From Alphaproteobacteria bacterium (GTDB taxonomy: Bacteria; Pseudomonadota; Alphaproteobacteria; Rhizobiales; TMED25): a DNA stretch of 37,484 nt. Of this stretch, positions 9,884 to 19,095 are shown piece by piece (the stretch's first letter is position 1; each line of letters starts with the position of its first letter). The stretch is taken from the NCBI GenBank assembly GCA_963582255.1, contig CAUZRD010000001.1, positions 1 through 37,484 of the forward strand. The letters are read 5' to 3'. The notes beneath the pieces are model-generated. The model was given only the letters and a program-made list of their open reading frames with translations. It was not told the DNA's origin and did not search any database. Made by a program: the position numbers and the translations under genes.

Positions 9884-10915
9884 CTAATCCGGCTGGCTGA
9901 TACCTGCCTCATCAAAGGTTGCCATTCCAGTATGAATTCGTACGGCAGAATTCACCACCGCAAGCGCCAAAGCCGCACCGCTAGCCTCTCCAAGATGCAT
10001 ATCAAGATCCAATATAGGATGCAGATCGAGATACTCTAGCAGACGCTGGTGAGCAGGCTCAGCGCTCAGGTGACCGACAACACAGTGATCAAGCCCACCA
10101 GGGTTCAAAGCTTTGATGACCGCCGCAGCGGCGCAGCTACAATATCCATCTAGGATCACCGGAATTTGCTCATAACGCGCAGCGATGATTGCGCCCGCGA
10201 TAGCGGCAAACTCCCGCCCGCCAAGCCGACGCAAAACCTCAAGCGGTTCGTCAGTGCGATGAAGAGCAACCGCATCAGCCACAACCTTGATTTTGCGCTC
10301 AAGCATTTCACTCTTTGCACCGGTACCAGGCCCAACCCAATCTTGAGCTCTACCGCCTACCAGAGCATGGGCAAGCGCTGCGGCAATCGTCGTATTGCCT
10401 ATTCCCATTTCACCAAGACACACGATGTCTGGCGAGTCGGCAATAGCCTGGCGGCCATAAAGAAAAGCAGCGGCACAATCGGTCTCGCTCATCGCCGGTT
10501 CTTTGGTGATATCGCCCGTTGGTTCCTCAAGCGCTAGATCAAAAACCTGAAGACCTGCTCCAAACTGTTGGCAAATCTGGTTAATCGCAGCATTTCCGAC
10601 ACGAAATGCCTCAACCATCTGCGCTGTGACCGAAGCTGGATAAGGAGAAATACCATTAACGGTTACACCATGATTTCCCGCGAATACAGCAACCATGGCC
10701 CGCTCAACTCGCGGTGGATGGCAGCCCTGCCAGGCGGCCATCCATTCAACTAGCTGTTCCAGACGCCCCAAAGATCCAGAGGGCTTTAAAAGCTGAGCAT
10801 TGCGCTCCCTAGCACGGGTTCGAGCATCCTCGTCGGGATCTGGCAATCTATCAAAGAATGGCAATAGATCACCAAATAAGGGAAGTTGGGGTGGCTGTGT
10901 GATTTTATCGATCAT
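9884..10915 (-). CDS. cobT: nicotinate-nucleotide--dimethylbenzimidazole phosphoribosyltransferase CobT
   Basis: 343 aa with the hallmark LGEMGIGNTT motif, and a C-terminal MHLGEASGAALA motif typical of CobT/CobU(Pd). Confidence 0.94.
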   Translation of the reverse strand: MIDKITQPPQLPLFGDLLPFFDRLPDPDEDARTRARERNAQLLKPSGSLGRLEQLVEWMAAWQGCHPPRVERAMVAVFAGNHGVTVNGISPYPASVTAQMVEAFRVGNAAINQICQQFGAGLQVFDLALEEPTGDITKEPAMSETDCAAAFLYGRQAIADSPDIVCLGEMGIGNTTIAAALAHALVGGRAQDWVGPGTGAKSEMLERKIKVVADAVALHRTDEPLEVLRRLGGREFAAIAGAIIAARYEQIPVILDGYCSCAAAAVIKALNPGGLDHCVVGHLSAEPAHQRLLEYLDLHPILDLDMHLGEASGAALALAVVNSAVRIHTGMATFDEAGISQPD

Positions 10916-11022
10916 TCTTGCACAGGAATCTTAGTAGTGTCAGATATTTACCTATAGCATACTTTGCGTACAGCTTAACCATACATGGTGGATGCAAATT
11001 TAGCATTACACGGCTATAAAGA

Positions 11023-11829
11023 ATGGCACTAATGACGGCGAGACGAATTCTCGATCAACAATATTTCGGACCGCGCGCCTGGTACCGTGATGTCGCAGCT
11101 ATGATTAGCCTCATCACAGTGCTGCCTTCACGCGCGCTAGTACCCCAGCACCGATCTTTGCGCGCCATGCCAATTGCCGGTGCGGTTGCATCAATACTTA
11201 GCGCGTGCCTCTTCGCGCTAAGTCTCAATATAGGACTGCCGGTGACGATTAGTGCCACCTTGAGTATCGCCTGCCTGGTTATGACTGGCGGTGGCCTTCA
11301 TGAAGACGGGCTTGCCGACACCGCCGACGGGTTTGGCGGTGGTGGAACGCAGACAGAAAAACTAGAGATCATGCGAGATAGCGTGATAGGCAGTTTCGGA
11401 ACCATTGCCATCGTGCTCTCATTGTTAGCTAGGATTCTCCTGCTTGTCGAAATAGCCCGACTGATAGCTCCTATAACGTGCATGGCCGTTTTGATTGCGG
11501 TGGGGGCACTGTCGCGCACAGGCATTATCGCAGTTTTGGCTAGCCTGCCTTCGGCACGCCCTGACGGGCTTGGAGCAGCCTATGCGCGTCCATCCCATTC
11601 AGTGCTCATTCAGGCCTTCAGTGTTGGTGGCATACTCTCGCTAGCACTCCTTGCAACACCTGGAGGCATGAGCGTACTGCTTGCCGCATGGATTGGTATG
11701 GGCCTAGCTACATTCTCAATTGCCCGACTGGCTATGAGACAGATCGGCGGACAGACCGGGGATGTCTGCGGGGCTGTACAGCAAGGCTCTGAAATTTTTA
11801 TCCTGATATTTATCCTCGCCGCCACCTAG
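11023..11829 (+). CDS. cobS: adenosylcobinamide-GDP ribazoletransferase (cobalamin synthase CobS/CobV)
   Basis: 268 aa polytopic membrane protein with the conserved GGLHEDGLADTADGFGGG motif. Divergent from cobT across a 107 bp spacer. Confidence 0.92.
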   Translation: MALMTARRILDQQYFGPRAWYRDVAAMISLITVLPSRALVPQHRSLRAMPIAGAVASILSACLFALSLNIGLPVTISATLSIACLVMTGGGLHEDGLADTADGFGGGGTQTEKLEIMRDSVIGSFGTIAIVLSLLARILLLVEIARLIAPITCMAVLIAVGALSRTGIIAVLASLPSARPDGLGAAYARPSHSVLIQAFSVGGILSLALLATPGGMSVLLAAWIGMGLATFSIARLAMRQIGGQTGDVCGAVQQGSEIFILIFILAAT

Positions 11830-11903
11830 TTGGATTTAAAGACTATACAGTTAATCGCACGGAAACTTGATTGTACTAAGACAACCTGCACGGAAATGGA
11901 TCG

Positions 11904-12650
11904 ATGCCACGCAATGAAACAGCCTGGATAGGTATTGCTGCACTTCTTGCCGCCGGCGGCTATTTCACGGTGGTACAGACAAGCGGATTTCAGTTGAACA
12001 ACCCGGACACACCAGCACGGCTTGCGACCGCAATGAGTTTTCTTATCATCATTGTCGGCGCAGCGATGCTAGGACTAAAAGCGCATGTATCAGCTTTTAT
12101 GCGTCAGAGCGTCGCATGGCTATCTATCTGTCTAGCAGGCACCATTGTCTTCGCCTATCGAGCAGATTTTCAAGAAGCAATAGGACCCGCCATAGCCAAG
12201 GTTCTGGGAATAGAGCAATCGGCCGAGGCCAGCCGCTCAACAAATACATCAGGCGGAAGCACAAGGGCTAGGAAACCTCATAATCAGGTGGTGATCAGCG
12301 CGGGGCGGGGCGGTCAGTTTTTTGTTGAAGCGATGATTGAGGAAACTCATGTGCAATTGATGGCGGACACGGGAGCGACCTATATCACTCTCAATGCCGA
12401 AGATGCTCACCGAATAGGTTATGATGCCGAGAAACTTAATTTTAAATATCGTATTAAAACAGCAAATGGTATAGCGAGGACAGCCCAAGTGATATTGGAT
12501 GAGGTCTTGATAGGTCAGGTATCTGTGCGCAATGTGCGGGCATCAATTTCCGAACCAGGTCTTCTTCATATCAGTTTGTTAGGCATGAGCTATCTGTCGC
12601 AGCTTTCGTCATTTCAAATTCGTGGCGATCAATTGGTCCTTAAACAGTAG
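11904..12650 (+). CDS. membrane-anchored retropepsin-like (clan AA) aspartic protease, TIGR02281-like
   Basis: 248 aa with N-terminal hydrophobic helices, followed by a single retroviral-type protease domain with active-site LMADTGATYITL. The C-terminal part resembles the bacterial retropepsin-like family. Confidence 0.82.
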   Translation: MPRNETAWIGIAALLAAGGYFTVVQTSGFQLNNPDTPARLATAMSFLIIIVGAAMLGLKAHVSAFMRQSVAWLSICLAGTIVFAYRADFQEAIGPAIAKVLGIEQSAEASRSTNTSGGSTRARKPHNQVVISAGRGGQFFVEAMIEETHVQLMADTGATYITLNAEDAHRIGYDAEKLNFKYRIKTANGIARTAQVILDEVLIGQVSVRNVRASISEPGLLHISLLGMSYLSQLSSFQIRGDQLVLKQ

Positions 12651-12749
12651 GCCCGAGGTTTCCTGCTTCCTATCGCAAAGTTATGACACAGAATTTTTGC
12701 TGTACCGGTAAGCCGGCACACCCCTCAAGGAAGAGATGAAGCCTGGTCC

Positions 12750-14246
12750 ATGTATCCTCAGCCCAAGAGCAACCTTATTCCAAATACGCTTGAATTTGAA
12801 ACAGAGCCGTTCGTCAAACGCGAAGGGTTTCGCGAATACGATGTACGTTGGCTCTACCCCGAAGAGATTAATCTTGCGGGAATCCACCTTCTAGGTGTGG
12901 CACTAGCCAACCAGTTAGCCGAAGTTGGTAAAACCGAAATTGTGACCGGCCATGACTTCAGATCATACTCAAGCGCAATCAAGGCAGCGCTCATCACAGG
13001 GATGATGTCTGGCGGCGCCAGCGTGCACGATATCGGCCTTGCGCTCTCACCAATGGCTTATTTTGCCCAGTTTGATCTCGATGTACCCGCTGTAGCTATG
13101 GTGACCGCCAGCCACAACGAAAATGGTTGGACCGGCGTAAAAATGGGATCTAGCCCACCCCTCACCTTTGGACCCGAGGAAATTGAGAATCTGCGCGATC
13201 GCATTTTTTCAGGGGAACTTGCGGCCCGCTCAGGCGGCAGTTACCACTATGTAGAGGGCAACGCCAAGCGATACATGGATGACTTAACGTCTCGCAATCC
13301 GTTCACGCGAAAACTAAAAGCAGTGGTTGCGTGTGGTAACGGTACAGCAGGTCCATTTGTGCCAAAGGTGTTAAAGAGACTTGGGATTGAAGTAGTGCCG
13401 CTTCATTGCGATCTCGATCACACCTTTCCAAATCATAATCCCAACCCAGAAGACCTAACGATGCTAAACGCGTTGGCAGATGCGGTTCTAAACGCCGAAG
13501 CAGATATAGGCCTAGCCTTCGATGGAGATGGCGATCGCTGCGGGGTCGTCGACAATGAGGGTCATAAAATATTCGCGGACAAGGTGGGCGTCCTGATCGC
13601 TCGCGATTTGTCCTCCATGCGGCCCGATGCGCAATTTGTAGTCGACATCAAATCAACTAGCCTGTTTTTGACTGACCCTCAATTATTGAAAAACGGTGCA
13701 CAAACCGAATACTGGAAAACTGGGCATAGCCACATCAAACGTCGGTTATTTGAGGTTGGTGCCCTCGCTGGATTTGAAAAAAGTGGCCACTATTTCTTCA
13801 ATCCACCACTCGGACGCGGATATGATGACGGGTTGGTCTCAGCTCTCGCCATTCTAGATTTGCTGGAGCACAATTGCACCAACACTATGGCCGATTTGGT
13901 CCGCTCATTACCACAAACATGGAGCACGCCAACTATGGCTCCGCATTGTCCAGATAACCAGAAGTATTGCGTTGTTGGACGCGCAGTTGACCATTTTTTA
14001 AGCCTAGCCGTGAATGGCGGGCACCTAGCCGGCCAAAAAGTGCGTGAAACTATCACAGTCAATGGTATCAGGCTTGTTCTGGAAGACGGAACATGGGGGC
14101 TTATCCGCGCCTCATCAAACAAACCGGAACTAGTTGTGGTGGTAGAGAGTCCGCAATCAGAAGAAAACATGCACACCATGTTTGCGGTCATCAATAATTG
14201 GCTCTCAGAACAGCCTGAGGTTGGTGAATACAATCAGAAGATCTAA
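12750..14246 (+). CDS. phosphomannomutase/phosphoglucomutase (alpha-D-phosphohexomutase superfamily)
   Basis: 498 aa with catalytic phosphoserine loop VTASHNENGWTG and metal-binding loop AFDGDGDRCGVVD. The N-terminus (...GFREYDVRW) is typical of alphaproteobacterial PMM/PGM. Confidence 0.9.
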   Translation: MYPQPKSNLIPNTLEFETEPFVKREGFREYDVRWLYPEEINLAGIHLLGVALANQLAEVGKTEIVTGHDFRSYSSAIKAALITGMMSGGASVHDIGLALSPMAYFAQFDLDVPAVAMVTASHNENGWTGVKMGSSPPLTFGPEEIENLRDRIFSGELAARSGGSYHYVEGNAKRYMDDLTSRNPFTRKLKAVVACGNGTAGPFVPKVLKRLGIEVVPLHCDLDHTFPNHNPNPEDLTMLNALADAVLNAEADIGLAFDGDGDRCGVVDNEGHKIFADKVGVLIARDLSSMRPDAQFVVDIKSTSLFLTDPQLLKNGAQTEYWKTGHSHIKRRLFEVGALAGFEKSGHYFFNPPLGRGYDDGLVSALAILDLLEHNCTNTMADLVRSLPQTWSTPTMAPHCPDNQKYCVVGRAVDHFLSLAVNGGHLAGQKVRETITVNGIRLVLEDGTWGLIRASSNKPELVVVVESPQSEENMHTMFAVINNWLSEQPEVGEYNQKI

Positions 14247-14263
14247 GGCCTATTAGATCTTCT
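14236..14263. terminator. perfect 11-bp-stem hairpin between convergent PMM/PGM and dusA genes (possible bidirectional terminator)
   Basis: AGAAGATCTAA (14236-14246), loop GGCCTA, TTAGATCTTCT (14253-14263). The 5' arm contains the PMM stop codon. The stem is AT-rich and no clean U-tract follows, so terminator function is inferred from position only. Confidence 0.4.
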
Positions 14264-14297
14264 TATGCCTCGTCATGGGTAAAATCAAAGTTGGACG

Positions 14298-15311
14298 TTA
14301 GGCGACTTGCGAAGCCTCGCTTCGCTCACGCGCGTCTTCAACTGCGCTAAGTGCATCAATCACAATCTGAGGACCAGCATCAGGCAGATGGGCATTTTCT
14401 GCCAGATGCCGCCGCCAGTTACGCGCGCCTGGCATTCCGTGGAACATCCCAAGAAGATGGCGGGTCATTGATTTTAGCGGCACACCATGTTCGCAATTAA
14501 CAGCAAAATATGGGATGAGGCCGCGCACAACATCAAATAAGTCAGGCGCTGGCTGGCCTACACCAAAAAACATCCGATCTACCTCAGCCAGAATATGGGG
14601 CCTTTTATATGCGGCTCGGCCAATCATAACGCCGTTCACTGCTTGCAATTGCTGACTTGCCAACGCGAGCGTAACAAAGCCACCATTGATAATAATCGGC
14701 GTTCGCGGGTAACGCTGTTTCAGTCGGTGAACTATATTGTAGTCGAGCGGTGGAACATCGCGGTTATCCTTCGGACTCAATCCGTCAAGCCAAGCTTTGC
14801 GAGCATGCACGATTAGCGCATCGACACCAGCATCAATCTGGTGACGCGCGAAATCAAAAAACGCTTTCTCGGGATTCTGCTGATCGATACCTATCCTGCA
14901 TTTCACTGTAACTGGAGTATCTACTGCCTGTTTCATTACCGTAACGCAGCGGCCAACTAGTTCCGGCTCAGCCATAAGACAGGCCCCAAACCGTCCCGAC
15001 TGCACGCGATCCGATGGACAGCCTACATTTAGATTAATTTCATCATAACCGAAGTCCACGCCAATCTGTGCTGCCTCAGCCAATTTATGCGGATCGCAGC
15101 CGCCAAGCTGCAAGGCTGTTGGACCATCATCAGAGTCGTGGGCAAGAAGACTTTCTCGATTGCCATGAAGTATCGCATCGGCAGTAATCATTTCTGAATA
15201 AAGCCGCGCGTGACGCGACAATCTGCGCATGATTTTGCGACAGTGTCGGTCGGTCCAATTCATCATTGGCGCAACGCAGAATATATACGATTCACTCTTC
15301 ACTAAACTCAT
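14298..15311 (-). CDS. dusA: tRNA dihydrouridine(20/20a) synthase DusA
   Basis: N-terminal CVAPMMNWTDRHCR and the LNVGCPSDRV motif with catalytic Cys, typical of DusA. Start is ATG 15311 (MSLVKSE...); the track's upstream GTG 15323 is the alternative. Confidence 0.92.
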   Translation of the reverse strand: MSLVKSESYIFCVAPMMNWTDRHCRKIMRRLSRHARLYSEMITADAILHGNRESLLAHDSDDGPTALQLGGCDPHKLAEAAQIGVDFGYDEINLNVGCPSDRVQSGRFGACLMAEPELVGRCVTVMKQAVDTPVTVKCRIGIDQQNPEKAFFDFARHQIDAGVDALIVHARKAWLDGLSPKDNRDVPPLDYNIVHRLKQRYPRTPIIINGGFVTLALASQQLQAVNGVMIGRAAYKRPHILAEVDRMFFGVGQPAPDLFDVVRGLIPYFAVNCEHGVPLKSMTRHLLGMFHGMPGARNWRRHLAENAHLPDAGPQIVIDALSAVEDARERSEASQVA

Positions 15312-15556
15312 AACTCCAAGCACTCGACTTAAATTTTTTGAGCCAATCTATTTCAATGCCAATAGCGAGAAAATTAACCTCTCCACCAGCCTTTATCTCA
15401 TCTTTAGCCTCCATCAAGGAGAACGTAATATCATCCACTGCTATCTAGGATTGCCAACGTATTCAGCAGGCACTCTCATACCCAGCACTGCTTTACATAG
15501 CGGCTGTATTTTGCAGGCTACAAAAAAGTCGTACCAATATGGGCATGTCTAGCACC

Positions 15557-16213
15557 TTAGTGCGCGACCCCAAGTTCTTCCTCACCCCGATCGAGGATCA
15601 TGGGTACAATTAAATCTTCCTCATCATCCAAATGCTTGATCAGGAGATCAACCAAAGTACCATTAAGTCTCACACAGTCATTAACAATGGCGCTAATATC
15701 GATGGTTTCGGAACGGATATGCTTCAATAGTGCATTTGCACTGACGACAGTCTTGTCCATCGCCTCATGAATTACGTGATGATCATTTTCCAAAAGATCA
15801 AATCCTGAGGCGAGCCGGGCATCCGCTGCCCGAAAAATAGGAAAGTAGTGTTGGTCTTCAATCTGGTGATGGGTAGCTAAATGAGACAATAAAAATCTGA
15901 GCCTAGGGGTAAACCAGCCAACAAATTCGTTAGCTGAGCTCTTCCCAGCCGAAAAATCCTCGTTACCTCCATGCAAGGCACGGCCAACTTCCCGGAACAT
16001 ATCGTGCCGTGATAGCCAGAATGTGGCCATATCTCCAAGGTTTTTGTGAGATCTCCAGATTTCGCGCGGATACCGCCCAAGTAAAATACGTAGATCATCA
16101 GGTAATCCGGTACGCTGCCCAAGGCGCAAGGTCGGGGCATTGACTGATTTGTCTATATCCATAACATCTATATAGTGCATTTTTTTAGATACCGACATCA
16201 CCAATATACGCAT
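15557..16213 (-). CDS. hemerythrin-domain (HHE cation-binding) protein
   Basis: 218 aa with His/Glu/Asp-containing helices: HHQIEDQHYFPIF, ENDHHVIHEAM, HLDDEEDLIVP. This fits a hemerythrin-like di-iron domain. The start is uncertain: in-frame ATGs lie at 16213, 16180 and 16162. Confidence 0.75.
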   Translation of the reverse strand: MRILVMSVSKKMHYIDVMDIDKSVNAPTLRLGQRTGLPDDLRILLGRYPREIWRSHKNLGDMATFWLSRHDMFREVGRALHGGNEDFSAGKSSANEFVGWFTPRLRFLLSHLATHHQIEDQHYFPIFRAADARLASGFDLLENDHHVIHEAMDKTVVSANALLKHIRSETIDISAIVNDCVRLNGTLVDLLIKHLDDEEDLIVPMILDRGEEELGVAH

Positions 16214-16278
16214 AATATCTAACGGTGCCTGATAGAATTTATTTAGGCTATGAGGCTTCGTTCATTTTGGAATTTCAT

Positions 16279-18909
16279 ATGCGCACCGATACGCCTCAGG
16301 CGATCTACCTTGAAGACTACACACCGCCCACTCATCTGATCGAAACCGTTGAGCTTCATTTCATGCTTGATCCTAAGCGCACAAGAGTCAAAGCGCGCTA
16401 CGGTGTGAAACCCAACCCGAAGGCGTCCACCGGACCACTGGTTTTAAAAGGAGAACAGTTAAAGCTTGAGTACATCGCGATTGACGAATGTGCTATCAAT
16501 GCAGACAGCTACACGCTTGATGATAGCTCTTTGATACTCTCTAATATTCCAACAGGTTCATTTACCGTTGACATTGAGACAACCATATCGCCAACAGAGA
16601 ACCGCGCTCTGACGGGGCTTTATATTTCAAATGATGTCTATTGCACGCAATGTGAAGCCGAGGGTTTCCGGCGCATTACATTTCATCCTGATCGCCCCGA
16701 TGTGCTCTCGGTCTACACCACAAGAATCGAGACCGATAAAGCCAGCTCTCCTGTATTGCTGTCCAACGGCAATTTAATCGAGCAAGGAGAGGACGGCGAG
16801 CGACACTTTGCCGTGTGGCACGATCCCTTTCCCAAACCATCATACCTATTTGCGCTGGTGAGCGGAGATCTTGACCATATTTCCGATCATTTTGAAACCA
16901 TGTCAGGCCGTGACATTGGTCTTCGCATCTACGTGGAAAGAGGAAAGGCTAAGCACGCGGCCTATGCAATGGAGGCGCTCAAACGGTCAATGCGATTTGA
17001 TGAGGAGGCATTCGGGCGCGAATACGACCTTAATCTGTTCATAATAGTCGCGGTTTCTGATTTCAATATGGGTGCGATGGAGAACAAAGGGCTAAATGTT
17101 TTCAATGACCGCTATATCCTTGCCAGTCCCGAAACTGCCACCGATCAGGACTACGCCAACATTGAATCAGTAATCGCCCATGAATATTTCCATAATTGGA
17201 CTGGCAATCGCATTACCTGCCGCGACTGGTTTCAGCTTTGCCTGAAAGAAGGCCTGACGGTATTCCGCGACCAAGAATTTACATCTACCGTGAGATCTCG
17301 TCCGGTCAAAAGGATCAATGATGTACGCGGATTACGCAATCAACAGTTTTCGGAAGATTCCGGGCCACTCGCTCATCCAGTTCGTCCGCAGTCCTATCTT
17401 GAAATCAACAACTTCTATACTGCCACCGTCTATGAGAAAGGCGCTGAGGTAATCCGTGTTTTGAAGACGCTAATCGGTGCAGATGCGTTTACACGCGGCC
17501 TAGATCTTTATTTCGTACGCCATGACGGCGATGCTGCGACTATTGAGGATTTTCTGGCCTGCATGCAAAGTACCAGTGGGAGAGATCTTGCTTCATTCCT
17601 TAACTGGTACACGCAAGCTGGAACGCCTAACCTGAAAGTCGAAGACAGCTATCAGGTCGAGACCGGCAACCTCACATTGAGCTTCAAACAATCTACTCCA
17701 ATCACACCCGGCCAAAGCACCAAACAGGCGCTGGTAATGCCTTTTTCCCTTGGCTTGATTGACAAGAATGGGCACGATATTGAGCTCAGAACTGCAAGTG
17801 GTGAGATGTTAGAGCGAGGCATCGTCGAGATTAACACCCCAGAGGCATGCGTTACCTTTACCAACATCAAGGAGAGGCCGGTATTATCGCTCAATCGTGG
17901 CTTTTCTGTTCCAATAAATCTAACCCATGAATTTTCGGCGCAGGATCGTATTTTCGCGATGGGCCACGACAGCGACCTATTCAATCGCTGGCAGGCCGGA
18001 CAAAGCGCTGCCGTAGAGTTGATCATCGAAGCTACCTGGGCAAAGTCATACGATAAGGGTGAGATTGATATTGCACCATTCATCGATGCATTTGGATGCG
18101 TATTATCCGATGATAATCTAGAGCCGGGATTTCGCGCCGAAGTTGCAAGATTACCAAGCGAAACCGATATAGCCCGGGAAATAGGGCGTAATGTCGATCC
18201 GCATCTCATTCATCAGGCGCACGCATTCGTGCGTCGTGAATTAGGAAAACGGCTTAACAATCTCCTCACTCGATTATTCGACACCCATCTACCACGCGGT
18301 CCATATTCGCCAAATGCAGACCATGCTGGGCGACGAGCGCTTGCTAATGCAGCTCTCGACTTAAGCTGCGCCGGAACCACAGATGTGGCACCTGCTTTTG
18401 AACACTTCAAATCTGCTACCAACATGACCGACAAAATGGCCGCTCTTTCAATTTTGAAAGATTACGACGTACCCGAGCGCACCGAGGCACTCGATCAATT
18501 CTACCTGATGTTTGCAACTAACGCTCTCGTTCTGGACAAATGGTTTGCACTTCAGGCTGCTTCAACGCTCAGTTTTGCCTCCAGCGGGATGAAGACGCTA
18601 GTAGAACATCCATCGTTTACACTCAATAACCCGAACCGCATTCGTTCGGTCATCGGAACATTCGCCATGGCTAATCAGGTACGCTTCAATGAAGTCGACG
18701 GATCAGGTTATGAGTTTGTGGCCGACTTTGTGCTGGCTCTCGATGAAACAAATCCACAGGTCGCCGCACGATTATTAGGAGCGTTCAAAAGCTGGGGTAT
18801 CCTTGAATCCAATCGCCGAGCGAAGGCGAAAAACACGATCATTCGTATTGCTAGAACTGCAAACATCTCAAAGGATGTTTACGAAATAGCAACCAAATCC
18901 TTACAGTAA
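16279..18909 (+). CDS. pepN: aminopeptidase N (M1 family zinc metallopeptidase)
   Basis: GAMENKGLNVF exopeptidase motif and the zinc site HEYFHNWTGNRITCRDWFQLCLKEGLTV (HExxH-18-E). I use ATG 16279 (MRTDTPQAIYLEDY); the track's GTG 16225 adds 18 poorly fitting residues. Confidence 0.95.
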   Translation: MRTDTPQAIYLEDYTPPTHLIETVELHFMLDPKRTRVKARYGVKPNPKASTGPLVLKGEQLKLEYIAIDECAINADSYTLDDSSLILSNIPTGSFTVDIETTISPTENRALTGLYISNDVYCTQCEAEGFRRITFHPDRPDVLSVYTTRIETDKASSPVLLSNGNLIEQGEDGERHFAVWHDPFPKPSYLFALVSGDLDHISDHFETMSGRDIGLRIYVERGKAKHAAYAMEALKRSMRFDEEAFGREYDLNLFIIVAVSDFNMGAMENKGLNVFNDRYILASPETATDQDYANIESVIAHEYFHNWTGNRITCRDWFQLCLKEGLTVFRDQEFTSTVRSRPVKRINDVRGLRNQQFSEDSGPLAHPVRPQSYLEINNFYTATVYEKGAEVIRVLKTLIGADAFTRGLDLYFVRHDGDAATIEDFLACMQSTSGRDLASFLNWYTQAGTPNLKVEDSYQVETGNLTLSFKQSTPITPGQSTKQALVMPFSLGLIDKNGHDIELRTASGEMLERGIVEINTPEACVTFTNIKERPVLSLNRGFSVPINLTHEFSAQDRIFAMGHDSDLFNRWQAGQSAAVELIIEATWAKSYDKGEIDIAPFIDAFGCVLSDDNLEPGFRAEVARLPSETDIAREIGRNVDPHLIHQAHAFVRRELGKRLNNLLTRLFDTHLPRGPYSPNADHAGRRALANAALDLSCAGTTDVAPAFEHFKSATNMTDKMAALSILKDYDVPERTEALDQFYLMFATNALVLDKWFALQAASTLSFASSGMKTLVEHPSFTLNNPNRIRSVIGTFAMANQVRFNEVDGSGYEFVADFVLALDETNPQVAARLLGAFKSWGILESNRRAKAKNTIIRIARTANISKDVYEIATKSLQ

Positions 18910-19095
18910 TCAATGCGTTGAAAGAATTCATTACCGATGTCGTAGAAGTGCCATAGCATTAAGACTAGTGTTTTTACTGGACTTTAAGCGCGACTTCACA
19001 ATGATCTATAGTAGATTCATGCGTCACTGATTCCAGTACAGTTTAGGTAATTGCGGGGAGGCTAGTCTGTTGCACATGTCCAGCAGGTACGTAAT

